Shown: piece by piece, positions 35,164-42,405 of the stretch
Layout of the letters: the number at the start of each line of letters is the position of its first letter
Numbering within the stretch: position 1 is the stretch's first letter
Assembly: GCA_049669065.1 (NCBI GenBank)
Contig: JBATKC010000097.1
Coordinates: 1 to 42,405, forward strand
From: Gammaproteobacteria bacterium
Lineage (GTDB): Bacteria > Pseudomonadota > Gammaproteobacteria > Steroidobacterales > XN24
Direction: 5' to 3'
DNA: 42,405 bases
Notes under the pieces: generated by a model
The model's database searches: none
Told to the model about the DNA's origin: nothing
The model's input: only the letters and a program-made list of their open reading frames with translations
Translations under genes and position numbers: made by a program

Positions 35164-35547
35164 TCAATCGGTGTCAATCCGCCACGGCGGAGAACGCCGG
35201 TTCTCGCCGGCCGCGTACAGACAGATTTCGTTGCCGGAAGGATCCTTGAGCCGTGCCTCGCGCCACAACCAGCGCTGGTCCTCGGGTCCACCGTCGAATA
35301 CCAGGCCCGCTGCCTGCAGCCGGGTCACGGTCTCGTCCAGGTCACGGCACTCAAAATAGACGGTCAGCCCGGTCGTATCCGGCGCCTGCCCGACCCGGTG
35401 GACCGAGAACGTGCTGTCGCCATCGGGACACTCGAAACGTGCGTAACGGGGCACCGAATCGACGATCAGCTTGAGGCCCAGCGCACGATAAAACGCGACC
35501 GATGCGGCCACGTCCGTCGCCGGGACCGTCACCTGATTGAGATCCAC
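35164..35547 (-). CDS. VOC-family (glyoxalase/bleomycin-resistance/dioxygenase fold) protein
   Basis: 127 aa. LNQVTVPATDVAASVAFYRALGL is a typical VOC beta-alpha-beta-beta-beta start. GTG start. Confidence 0.75.
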   Translation of the reverse strand: MDLNQVTVPATDVAASVAFYRALGLKLIVDSVPRYARFECPDGDSTFSVHRVGQAPDTTGLTVYFECRDLDETVTRLQAAGLVFDGGPEDQRWLWREARLKDPSGNEICLYAAGENRRSPPWRIDTD

Positions 35548-35550
35548 GCG

Positions 35551-35928
35551 TCAGTCCCGCCGGATCACCATCACCTCATATTGGCCCTTCGGGCCGATGA
35601 AGTTGGAGGCGAGGCCGCTGAAGATACTGACCAACAAGGCTCCGAACAACGCCGCCCAAAAACCGGACAGCTGGAAACCGTCGAGCAGAGACGCCACCAG
35701 GCCGAGCATGGCCGCATTGACGACCAGCAAAAAAAGCCCAAGCGTGACGATGCTCAACGGCAGCGTCAGGATCACGGCAATAGGCCGCAACAGCGCGTTG
35801 ACGATCCCCAGCCAGAACGCCGCCCAGAGCAAGGAACCGGTGCTCTGAAACATCATTCCGGGGACGATCGCGGAGGCCAGCCACATGGCGCCGGCGGTGA
35901 TCAAAAATCGGATCAAAATGCCCTGCAT
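35551..35928 (-). CDS. Phage-holin-family-4 / DUF360 (YvlD-like) small membrane protein
   Basis: 125 aa. LIRFLITAGAMWLAS...LGIVNALLRPIAVILTLPLSIVTLGLFLLVVNAAML...FWAALFGALLVSI matches the YvlD-type pattern. Confidence 0.75.
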   Translation of the reverse strand: MQGILIRFLITAGAMWLASAIVPGMMFQSTGSLLWAAFWLGIVNALLRPIAVILTLPLSIVTLGLFLLVVNAAMLGLVASLLDGFQLSGFWAALFGALLVSIFSGLASNFIGPKGQYEVMVIRRD

Positions 35929-35955
35929 GGGCGCACCTCCTCGTGTGCCACAGCC

Positions 35956-36672
35956 TCAGTCGGGCTGCGGGTGAAAGATCTGCTCCAGCTCCATATGAGT
36001 CAATGCGCGGATCTGGCGCAACAGGTACCAGAGCGCGACGATCATGATGGCCATGGACGGTAACACGATCACCGGATAACTCAGCGCGGTCATCCGCCCC
36101 AGCTCTTCGTTGAACGCGGTCGAACCTGCCGGGCTGCGTACGATCATCCGTGCGAGGATAAAATTCAGCGTCGATGACAGGAAAAATGAACCTGCCAGCA
36201 GCCACGAGGCCGTGACCAGGCTGCGCTCAAAGCGCGCGTGGTTATCATACGCATCCAGCGCTGCGTCCACCGCGGGAACGTTGATGATCTTCTCGTTATA
36301 AAGCAGTGAGCGCACGATAGGAAATCGGGTGCGTGTAGAGACGATCACCGCCAGCCCGATCACTGCTGGCACCGCGGCCTCCTTGACCGCAAGCCACTTC
36401 GGATCCAGCTCGAACAGACCGATGCCGCCGGTGAGCAATGTGCTGACGACACCCAGCGCCGAGATAAAATTGAAGCGCCGGCAACGCACCGCATCCTGGA
36501 TGCCGTAGACCAGCGGGAAGGCCAGCGCCACCAATAGCCCGTAGACCGGCCCGAGATATGCCTCGCCGCTCAATTTCATCAGCACCAGCGCCGGGATCGC
36601 GATATTGATCAGCAGGCTGATCCACGGATTCTCTGGCCGCTGGGTAACGGTTTTTTCGCTGGTCTGGTTCAT
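35956..36672 (-). CDS. Polytopic inner-membrane protein of unknown function
   Basis: 238-aa ORF with about 6 hydrophobic helices and GC3-rich codon usage consistent with its neighbours. I recognised no motif with confidence. Confidence 0.6.
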   Translation of the reverse strand: MNQTSEKTVTQRPENPWISLLINIAIPALVLMKLSGEAYLGPVYGLLVALAFPLVYGIQDAVRCRRFNFISALGVVSTLLTGGIGLFELDPKWLAVKEAAVPAVIGLAVIVSTRTRFPIVRSLLYNEKIINVPAVDAALDAYDNHARFERSLVTASWLLAGSFFLSSTLNFILARMIVRSPAGSTAFNEELGRMTALSYPVIVLPSMAIMIVALWYLLRQIRALTHMELEQIFHPQPD

Positions 36673-36703
36673 CGCTGTCCGGGTTCGGCTCGAGCCGGGG
36701 CGG

Positions 36704-37630
36704 TTATTCTAACCCGGCCGGGTCGGTGATCCGTTCACCTGGCGTCTCCGGCAAGGAGTCGTCCCCGGGGTCCTGATGGATCAGCACATCGGCGCCCGGG
36801 AAGCCCGCGCGAATACGGTCTGCCACCTCGTCGCCGATCCGATGGGCCCGGGCCAGGGTCATGCGTCCATCCAGTTCCAGGTGCATCTGGATAAAGCGGG
36901 TCTGGCCCGCCTGACGCGTCCGCAACTCGTGCACCGCACGTACGTGTTCATGATCCAGCGCGATGCGCGCGATCTCCTGCTGGACGTCTTCGGACAGTTC
37001 ACGATCCATCAGATGGTCTACCGCCTCGCGGCCGATGCCGTAGGCGCCGTACAGGATCATCACGCCAAGACCAAGTCCGAACACCGGGTCCGCCCAGCGC
37101 ACGCCCCATGCGGCCAGACCCAGCGCAAGGATCACCGCCATGTTGGTAAACAGATCCATCACGTAGTGCAAGGAATCGGCACGGATCGCGAGCGAGTTTG
37201 TGCGGCGGATCACATAGCGCTGGACTCCGATCAATAACAAGGTCGCCAGCGTCGCGAAGATCATCACGCCGATACCCTGGGCCACGCCTTCCACCGGCTG
37301 CGGGTGAAGCAGCCGGTCGACCGCCTCGAACAAAAGCAGCACAGCGGTGCCGGCGATAAACGCCGACTGCGCGAGACCGGCGAGGGATTCGGCTTTGCCG
37401 TGGCCAAAGCGATGCTCCTCATCGGCCGGCTGCAGCGCGTAGCGGACCGCCAGCAGATTGACGATCGACGCGGCCGCGTCCATCAGCGAATCCAGCAACG
37501 AGGCCAGCAACGCAACCGACCCCGTGTTGAGCCAGACCACCAGCTTGACCGCGATCAGCACACCGGCGGTGGCCACGGACCAGACCGTGGCAAGTCGCAG
37601 CAGCCGGGCATTCTCCGCAGAGGTGATCAA
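36704..37630 (-). CDS. fieF: Cation diffusion facilitator (FieF/YiiP-type Fe/Zn efflux) transporter
   Basis: [54 protein letters not shown] closely parallels E. coli FieF (TGSVSILAALVDSLVD...[24 protein letters not shown]). TTG start 1 nt after the upstream stop. Confidence 0.9.
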   Translation of the reverse strand: [308 protein letters not shown]

Positions 37631-37631
37631 G

Positions 37632-37925
37632 CTATTCGTGGTGGTGCCCGATCGGGCCCTCGGAGAACAGGGTCTCCTTTAGTTCAGCATCAAAAGTCGG
37701 ATCGCGGCGGCGGATCCATTCGAGCACCATCGCCGCATGCTCTTTCTCTTCGTCCCGGTTGTGGGCGAGGATGGATTTGAGCTCCTCATCGTGACAGGCA
37801 TCCACGCGCTGGTTATACCAGTCCACCGCCTCGAGCTCTTCCATCAGCGAGATAATGGCCCGGTGCATGTCGCGGGTCGCCTTGCTCAGTTCTTCTACCG
37901 GCTCGTGGTAGCCCTCATTCGCCAT
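37632..37925 (-). CDS. Encapsulated-ferritin (EncFtn)-family ferritin-like protein lacking a C-terminal encapsulin-targeting peptide
   Basis: HEPVEELSKATRDMHRAIISLMEELEAVDWYNQRVDACHDEELKSILAHNRDEEKEHAAMVLEWIRRRD carries the EncFtn ExxH / EExxH di-iron motif pattern. The protein ends 6 aa after the conserved EGPI, with GHHHE. Confidence 0.8.
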   Translation of the reverse strand: MANEGYHEPVEELSKATRDMHRAIISLMEELEAVDWYNQRVDACHDEELKSILAHNRDEEKEHAAMVLEWIRRRDPTFDAELKETLFSEGPIGHHHE

Positions 37926-37960
37926 CGTCGATCTCCTCTCTGGGAAAACTCAGGGATCAA

Positions 37961-38842
37961 TCAGTAAATCATCGGCAGGAAGTTCTGCTCTTCGATCGGC
38001 GAGCGGACATAGATCTTGCTGGTATCCCGGCGCGGCAATGTCAGCGGGTCTGGCATCACGTCCTGATAGGGGATCTTGCTCAGGATGTGATGGATACAGT
38101 TGAGCCGCGCTCGCTTCTTGTCGTCGGCCGGCACCACCCACCACGGTGACTGTGGTGTGTCGGAGAACTTGAGCATGTCGTCCTTGGCCCGGGAGTACTC
38201 CCGATACAGCCGCCGCGATTCCAGATCCATCGGACTCAGCTTCCAGCGTTTCATCGGGTCATGGATGCGCGACTGGAAACGGCGTTCCTGCTCCTCGTCG
38301 CTGACCGAGAACCAGTATTTGAGCAGGATGATGTCGGAGCGGATCAACATACGCTCGAACTCCGGCACCTCGCGGGCGAACTCGAGATATTCCTCGCGGG
38401 TACAGAATCCCATCACCCGCTCGACCCCGGCCCGGTTGTACCAGCTCCGATCGAACAGCACCATTTCGCCGCCTGCCGGCAGCTGGGCCACATAGCGCTG
38501 GAAGTACCACTGGGTCTTTTCGCGCTCGGTGGGCGTCGGCAATGCCGCGATCCTCACCACCCGCGGGTTGACGCATTCCATGATGCGCTTGATGGCGCCC
38601 CCCTTGCCAGCGGCATCGCGGCCCTCGAACAGGACCACGACCTTGAGCTTTTCGTACTTGACCCATTCCTGCAGCTTGACCAGTTCTTCCTGGAGCATGC
38701 TCAGATGCTTGTTATAGATGGCGCCCCTCAGCTTGCCTTTCTTGGTGTACCAGCTTTTTCGCTCCTCCGGCACATCGAACTTGGGGCATTCTCCGACCAC
38801 GCCGGCGCCGGGCGCGTCCAGCTGCTTTTTCTTGCTACTCAT
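37961..38842 (-). CDS. ppk2: Polyphosphate kinase 2 (single-domain PPK2)
   Basis: Walker A in PPK2 context (VVVLFEGRDAAGKGGAIKRI), plus FDRSWYNRAGVERVMGF and the lid region. Confidence 0.9.
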   Translation of the reverse strand: MSSKKKQLDAPGAGVVGECPKFDVPEERKSWYTKKGKLRGAIYNKHLSMLQEELVKLQEWVKYEKLKVVVLFEGRDAAGKGGAIKRIMECVNPRVVRIAALPTPTEREKTQWYFQRYVAQLPAGGEMVLFDRSWYNRAGVERVMGFCTREEYLEFAREVPEFERMLIRSDIILLKYWFSVSDEEQERRFQSRIHDPMKRWKLSPMDLESRRLYREYSRAKDDMLKFSDTPQSPWWVVPADDKKRARLNCIHHILSKIPYQDVMPDPLTLPRRDTSKIYVRSPIEEQNFLPMIY

Positions 38843-38956
38843 TGTTCCAATGACCTATTCTTCTCCCTTCACCACTATAACTTCCGCAGGCCCGGCTCGC
38901 GAGACTCTGCGTCATCCGGGTGAACAAATCTGCCAGTCAGCCCGACAATACAGACT

Positions 38957-40831
38957 ATGGGTTTTCTTAGAAAACTGACGCTACCCACGATCATCGTCAT
39001 CCTCGGTTGGGGCTTCTGGATGAACGACGATTTTCTCCGCCTTGCCGCGGGCGTCGCGTTGTTTATGTTCGGCATGCTGCTGCTGGAAAAGGGCTTCCAG
39101 GCCTTTACCGGCGGCATCCTTGAGCGCGTACTGGAGGCCAGCACCGGGACCCGGCTGCGCAGTATGGGCTTCGGTCTGGTGACCACCGCGCTGATGCAGT
39201 CGAGCTCGCTGGTGTCGCTGATCACGATCACCTTCCTTTCCGCCGGGCTGATTGGCCTGGCGGCTGGCATCGGCATTATTTTCGGCTCCAACATCGGCAC
39301 CACCACCGGTGCCTGGCTGATGGCGTCCTACGGCGTCAAAATCGATCTGGCCACCTACGCCCTGCCGATGGCGGTGTTCGGCATCTTGTTCATCTATCAG
39401 AAGGACGGCAAGCAGAAGGGCGTTGGCAACGTGCTGCTCGGTATCGCCTTCCTGTTTATCGGCATCCAGTTTATCAAGGACGGCTTTGAGGCAGTCAGCC
39501 AGGGCATGGATCTGGCCCGGTTCGCGCTCGACGGCTATCTCGGCGTGTTCGCCTTTGCCGCAGTCGGCATCGTCGCCACCGTGATCATGCAATCCAGCCA
39601 CGCGGTGCTGATGCTGACCATCGCGGCCCTGGCCGCGGATCAGGTGTCGTACTTCAACGCGCTGGCGCTGGCCATCGGTGCCAACGTTGGCACTACGATT
39701 ACGGCGATACTCGGCGCCATGGGAGCCAATGTGGCGGGCAAGCGGCTGGCGGGTGCGCATCTGATATTCAACTTCACAACAGGGCTGATCGCCATCGCTT
39801 TTATCGGGCCGCTGGCGACCCTGGTCGACGAGGTATCGGTATGGCTCGGCATCGCCAGCGACGATTACACGCTGAAGCTCGCGGTCTTCCACACGATATT
39901 CAACGTCGTGGGTGTCGTGATCATGCTCCCGCTGATTGACCGGATGGTCGTTTTTTTACAGCGGATGCTGCCCGAGCAGATCGTGGTCGACGGTATCGAG
40001 CAGCCACGTTTCCTGGTTGACGCGCTGGTCGACTACCCCGATGCGGCGCTGGTGGCGCTGACCCGCGAGTGTCAGCACCTGGGGATGAACGCGATCGAGA
40101 TCATCGCCTATGCGATCGGACTGCATCGAAGCAACCTGCTCGGGGAAGAGCCGGTCGAAGCACTGGTCGCACGATCCAAAACCATCGAGCACATCCGGCT
40201 CAAACACCTTTATCGGACGCGTATCAAGGCCATCTACAGCGCCATCCTAGAGTTCTCAGGCAAGGCGCAACCACGCATGTCCGGCGCGGATGCGGAAACG
40301 ATGCACGAGTTGCGAAACGCGGCCCGTACGCTGGTCGAGGCCATCAAGACACTCAAGCTGCTGCGCAAGAATATGGCCTTCTATATCGCCTCGGACAACG
40401 CCTATATGCGTGATCAATATGACCGCATGCGGGTACATCTGGGCAATCTGATCCGATCGATCTTCGAGCTGCGCGAGATCGAGGATATGACCGAGGTAAA
40501 GGCGCGGCTCAAGCGGCTGAACCAGGCAGTCGCGGCGGACGATGCAGTCGCTAACGGCACGCTCGATCGCCTGATCCGCGATGAATTGATCACCGCTCAG
40601 ATGGCGTCATCGCTGATGAACGACACCGGCTATGCCTCCACTATCCATCATCGCCTGGTAGACGCGGCCGAGACCATCTTCGGACTCGCGCGGAAATTCT
40701 CGGAAGTGTCCCTCGAACTGCAGGACGACGACGGTATGCCATTGGCGGAGCGTCAGCTTATCGCGAAGATGCTGCGCGAGGGCCAGGACGAAATAGACAG
40801 GGCGGTAGAAGAGATGCGGCGTGGAGCGTGA
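38957..40831 (+). CDS. Na+/phosphate cotransporter (NptA/YjbB family) with C-terminal PhoU-like helical domain
   Basis: Duplicated Na/Pi-cotransporter repeats (ALMQSSSLVSLITI / VIMQSSHAVLMLTI, GSNIGTTTGAW / GANVGTTITAI), then a soluble helical C-terminal region of about 250 aa. Confidence 0.85.
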   Translation: MGFLRKLTLPTIIVILGWGFWMNDDFLRLAAGVALFMFGMLLLEKGFQAFTGGILERVLEASTGTRLRSMGFGLVTTALMQSSSLVSLITITFLSAGLIGLAAGIGIIFGSNIGTTTGAWLMASYGVKIDLATYALPMAVFGILFIYQKDGKQKGVGNVLLGIAFLFIGIQFIKDGFEAVSQGMDLARFALDGYLGVFAFAAVGIVATVIMQSSHAVLMLTIAALAADQVSYFNALALAIGANVGTTITAILGAMGANVAGKRLAGAHLIFNFTTGLIAIAFIGPLATLVDEVSVWLGIASDDYTLKLAVFHTIFNVVGVVIMLPLIDRMVVFLQRMLPEQIVVDGIEQPRFLVDALVDYPDAALVALTRECQHLGMNAIEIIAYAIGLHRSNLLGEEPVEALVARSKTIEHIRLKHLYRTRIKAIYSAILEFSGKAQPRMSGADAETMHELRNAARTLVEAIKTLKLLRKNMAFYIASDNAYMRDQYDRMRVHLGNLIRSIFELREIEDMTEVKARLKRLNQAVAADDAVANGTLDRLIRDELITAQMASSLMNDTGYASTIHHRLVDAAETIFGLARKFSEVSLELQDDDGMPLAERQLIAKMLREGQDEIDRAVEEMRRGA

Positions 40832-40837
40832 GCCATC

Positions 40838-41548
40838 CTAACGATTCGGCGACACGGCCTCGAGACGCATGCCGAAGGTCTCGTCCTCTGCTGCGACCAC
40901 GGCCATGTCAAAGCGATCCAGATCCATGCAGGCATCGAAGTCCGCCGCCGGAAACCAGGGCAGCTCCGGGTCGAAAAATCGCTGACCGCTCGGATCGTTG
41001 CGGATACGTTCGCGCAGCACCGAGAAGTCAGGGGCTTTGCCGAACAGCGTTGCGCGCAGGTAGTCGGCGCAAAGCAGGTCCTCCAGCGCCGGCTCACTGG
41101 CGTTCCAGCCCAGCGCCACCAGGCTGATATGGTCGGCGCCCAGCCTCTGCAGATGGCGGACGATGGCAGCGGCGGTGAGGAAGCTGCCAGCGAGCACTGG
41201 TGAAGCGCCCGCATCGACGGCCGCCAGCAGACCCTGGGTGCCGGCGCTTGTACGGTGAACCAGCACGCGTCCGGACAGGTCTGCATCGCGCAAGGCTGAT
41301 GGCGAGTTGCCGTATTCAAAATCGGGCAGCCGCTTCCCGTCTCGCTCGCCGGCAAGCACGACCCGCGAGTCCCGTTCGCGCCAGCGCAGAGCCTCCTGCT
41401 CGGTGCGTACCGGCACCACGCGGAGCGCGCCGCGCATCAAGGCCCATGGCACAAGAGAGAATGCCCGGAACACATCGATGACAACGGTCGCGCCGGTCGC
41501 CTTTGCGGCTCCGTCAAGAAATTGGAGGATCTGAACCTGTGGCTTCAC
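40838..41548 (-). CDS. comB: 2-phosphosulfolactate phosphatase (ComB) family protein
   Basis: 236 aa. TVVIDVFRAFSLVPWAL...GERDG...FEYGNSP matches the ComB-family N-terminal pattern. Confidence 0.7.
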   Translation of the reverse strand: MKPQVQILQFLDGAAKATGATVVIDVFRAFSLVPWALMRGALRVVPVRTEQEALRWRERDSRVVLAGERDGKRLPDFEYGNSPSALRDADLSGRVLVHRTSAGTQGLLAAVDAGASPVLAGSFLTAAAIVRHLQRLGADHISLVALGWNASEPALEDLLCADYLRATLFGKAPDFSVLRERIRNDPSGQRFFDPELPWFPAADFDACMDLDRFDMAVVAAEDETFGMRLEAVSPNR

Positions 41549-41620
41549 GGTAGCGGCAGCGGCCTTGTTTTTATCGATCGGTAGGCGCGTCTTTTTTGAT
41601 CGCTGATCCAGACTCGGGAC

Positions 41621-42405
41621 TCAGACACCGGGTGGGCGCCGCAGAAAATCGAATGCGAGACTGATACGGCGGGCGGGCCCCGCAAAAGGCAGGGTGCGGT
41701 GATAAAAATAGGACGGAAACAGATACATCCGGCCCGCCACCGGCTTGAATGCGTGGACTTCCGGCACAGCCGCCTTGTGGAATTCCTCCGGCGGCAAGCC
41801 GAATTCGATCCATCCATCATGGCTTTGTTGCCCGTCGCCCAATGTCGGCGGCAGCTCGACATAATAGACGCCGCTCAGCCATGCTGCGGGATGGATATGC
41901 GGCAGCTGGTGGCCGGCGGTATCCATCACCACCGCCCACATTGTCAGCTGATGCCGCCCGGGCACCGCGCCCGGAAACGAGCGTTCGGGGTCAGGCGCGA
42001 GTCGCTTCAGATAGTCGTTGGCGGCTGCCTGCGCGGCTTGCTCAAGGTGCGCCATGGGCCCCTTGTTGTCACCCAACAGGTTGCCGGTGTGACGCCCCCT
42101 GCGGGTGGCGTGGCCGACGGGCTCATAGGCCAGCGTCGGATGTTTGAGCAGATGCGTGGTCAATGCTGCGTTAAAAGATCCGATCGAGTCATAGCCCGGC
42201 GGCGGCGCAAGATCCACGCTCATCAGCAACCGTGAGGGGTCCAGCAGCGTGGCGGCCTCGCCGGACCGCCCGAGACCGGTCAGCGCCAGGGCCCGGGCTG
42301 CCAGAAGGGATGGATGACTTGGGTCGATGCGCTGCCCGCGCTCGATCTCATCGAGTGCCTGCTGGATGTCTCCCCTGGCCAGCAGCGCTTCGGACAGGCG
42401 GACAC
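41621..42405 (-). CDS. TPR-repeat protein with C-terminal putative 2OG-Fe(II) oxygenase (TIGR02466-like) domain; 5' end outside the window
   Basis: C-terminal HIHPAAWLSGVYYVELP...YLFPSYFYHRTLPF matches the TIGR02466/2OG-FeII_Oxy_5 pattern. The frame is open upstream of the track's TTG (42229) to the window edge. There it reads TPR-like sequence (VRLSEALLARGDIQQALDEIERGQRIDPSHPSLLAARALALTGLGRSGEAATLL). Confidence 0.7.
   Translation of the reverse strand, partial: VRLSEALLARGDIQQALDEIERGQRIDPSHPSLLAARALALTGLGRSGEAATLLDPSRLLMSVDLAPPPGYDSIGSFNAALTTHLLKHPTLAYEPVGHATRRGRHTGNLLGDNKGPMAHLEQAAQAAANDYLKRLAPDPERSFPGAVPGRHQLTMWAVVMDTAGHQLPHIHPAAWLSGVYYVELPPTLGDGQQSHDGWIEFGLPPEEFHKAAVPEVHAFKPVAGRMYLFPSYFYHRTLPFAGPARRISLAFDFLRRPPGV

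Noticed and set aside
35551-35928. Holin-family gene as a sign of a prophage
   Set aside because: There are no endolysin, capsid, tail, integrase or att-like features nearby. DUF360/YvlD-type proteins are widespread chromosomal membrane proteins.
35014-36205. 349-aa (+) and 209-aa (-) ORFs overlapping the VOC, holin-family and membrane-protein genes
   Set aside because: Both have Arg/Asp/Pro/His-rich low-complexity translations. They are alternative-frame artefacts of GC-rich DNA.
36673-36703. CGGCTCGAGCCG palindrome after fieF as a terminator
   Set aside because: It is a 6-bp stem with no loop and no U-tract. The downstream gene starts within 31 nt, so read-through co-transcription is more likely.
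38843-38956. Possible Pho box in the ppk2 / Na-Pi cotransporter divergent promoter region
   Set aside because: Only weak CTG-C-A fragments are present (CTGCGTCAT, CTGCCAGTCA). They lack the 11-bp phased CTGTCAT direct repeats, so this is not supportable by eye.
38981-39892. 303-aa minus-strand ORF antisense to the Na/Pi cotransporter gene
   Set aside because: It is a shadow ORF. The plus strand carries the duplicated Na/Pi cotransporter repeats.
1-42405. Search for CRISPR arrays, tRNA/rRNA genes, IS elements, integrases and toxin-antitoxin pairs
   Set aside because: I saw no regularly spaced direct repeats, no tRNA T-arm (GGTTCGAAT-like) contexts and no transposase or integrase-like ORFs. 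The window looks like core chromosome rather than a mobile island.

Overview
This is a GC-rich, gammaproteobacterium-like chromosomal segment. It is densely coding, with about 40 supportable CDS. I found no rRNA, tRNA, CRISPR array, transposase or integrase. All family assignments come from motif reading by eye. No database search was possible.

Gene content, left to right:
- A 5'-truncated ACE-like M2 peptidase lipoprotein, an OPT oligopeptide transporter, an EamA transporter and a hemolysin-III/PAQR protein.
- Two paralogous membrane-anchored TolB_N-like/TPR proteins. They bracket dps, a small coiled-coil gene, a FAN1-like VRR-NUC nuclease fused to a DnaQ-type exonuclease, and a PEP-CTERM C-type lectin.
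- A tight five-gene minus-strand operon: an NfnA/SudB-like gene, an NfnB/GltD-like gene, korA, korB and an uncharacterised 717-aa ferredoxin-tailed protein.
- A 14.7-kb run of 19 co-directional minus-strand genes. It contains a complete Sox system in the order soxC-D-X-Y-Z-A-(SoxK-like)-B-(DsrE-like). Upstream of sox in this run are thioredoxin-fold genes, a hydrolase and a fused spermidine-synthase-like gene. Further upstream are VOC, holin-family and membrane-protein genes, then ppk2, an EncFtn-like gene and fieF.
- A divergent Na/Pi-cotransporter/PhoU gene, comB, and a 5'-truncated TPR plus 2OG-Fe(II)-oxygenase-like gene.

The most unusual items:
- The 717-aa degenerate-PFOR-like, tethered-ferredoxin protein in the kor/nfn operon.
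- The orphan encapsulated-ferritin homologue, which has no targeting peptide and is translationally coupled to a FieF-type CDF exporter.
- The FAN1-like/DEDDh exonuclease fusion.
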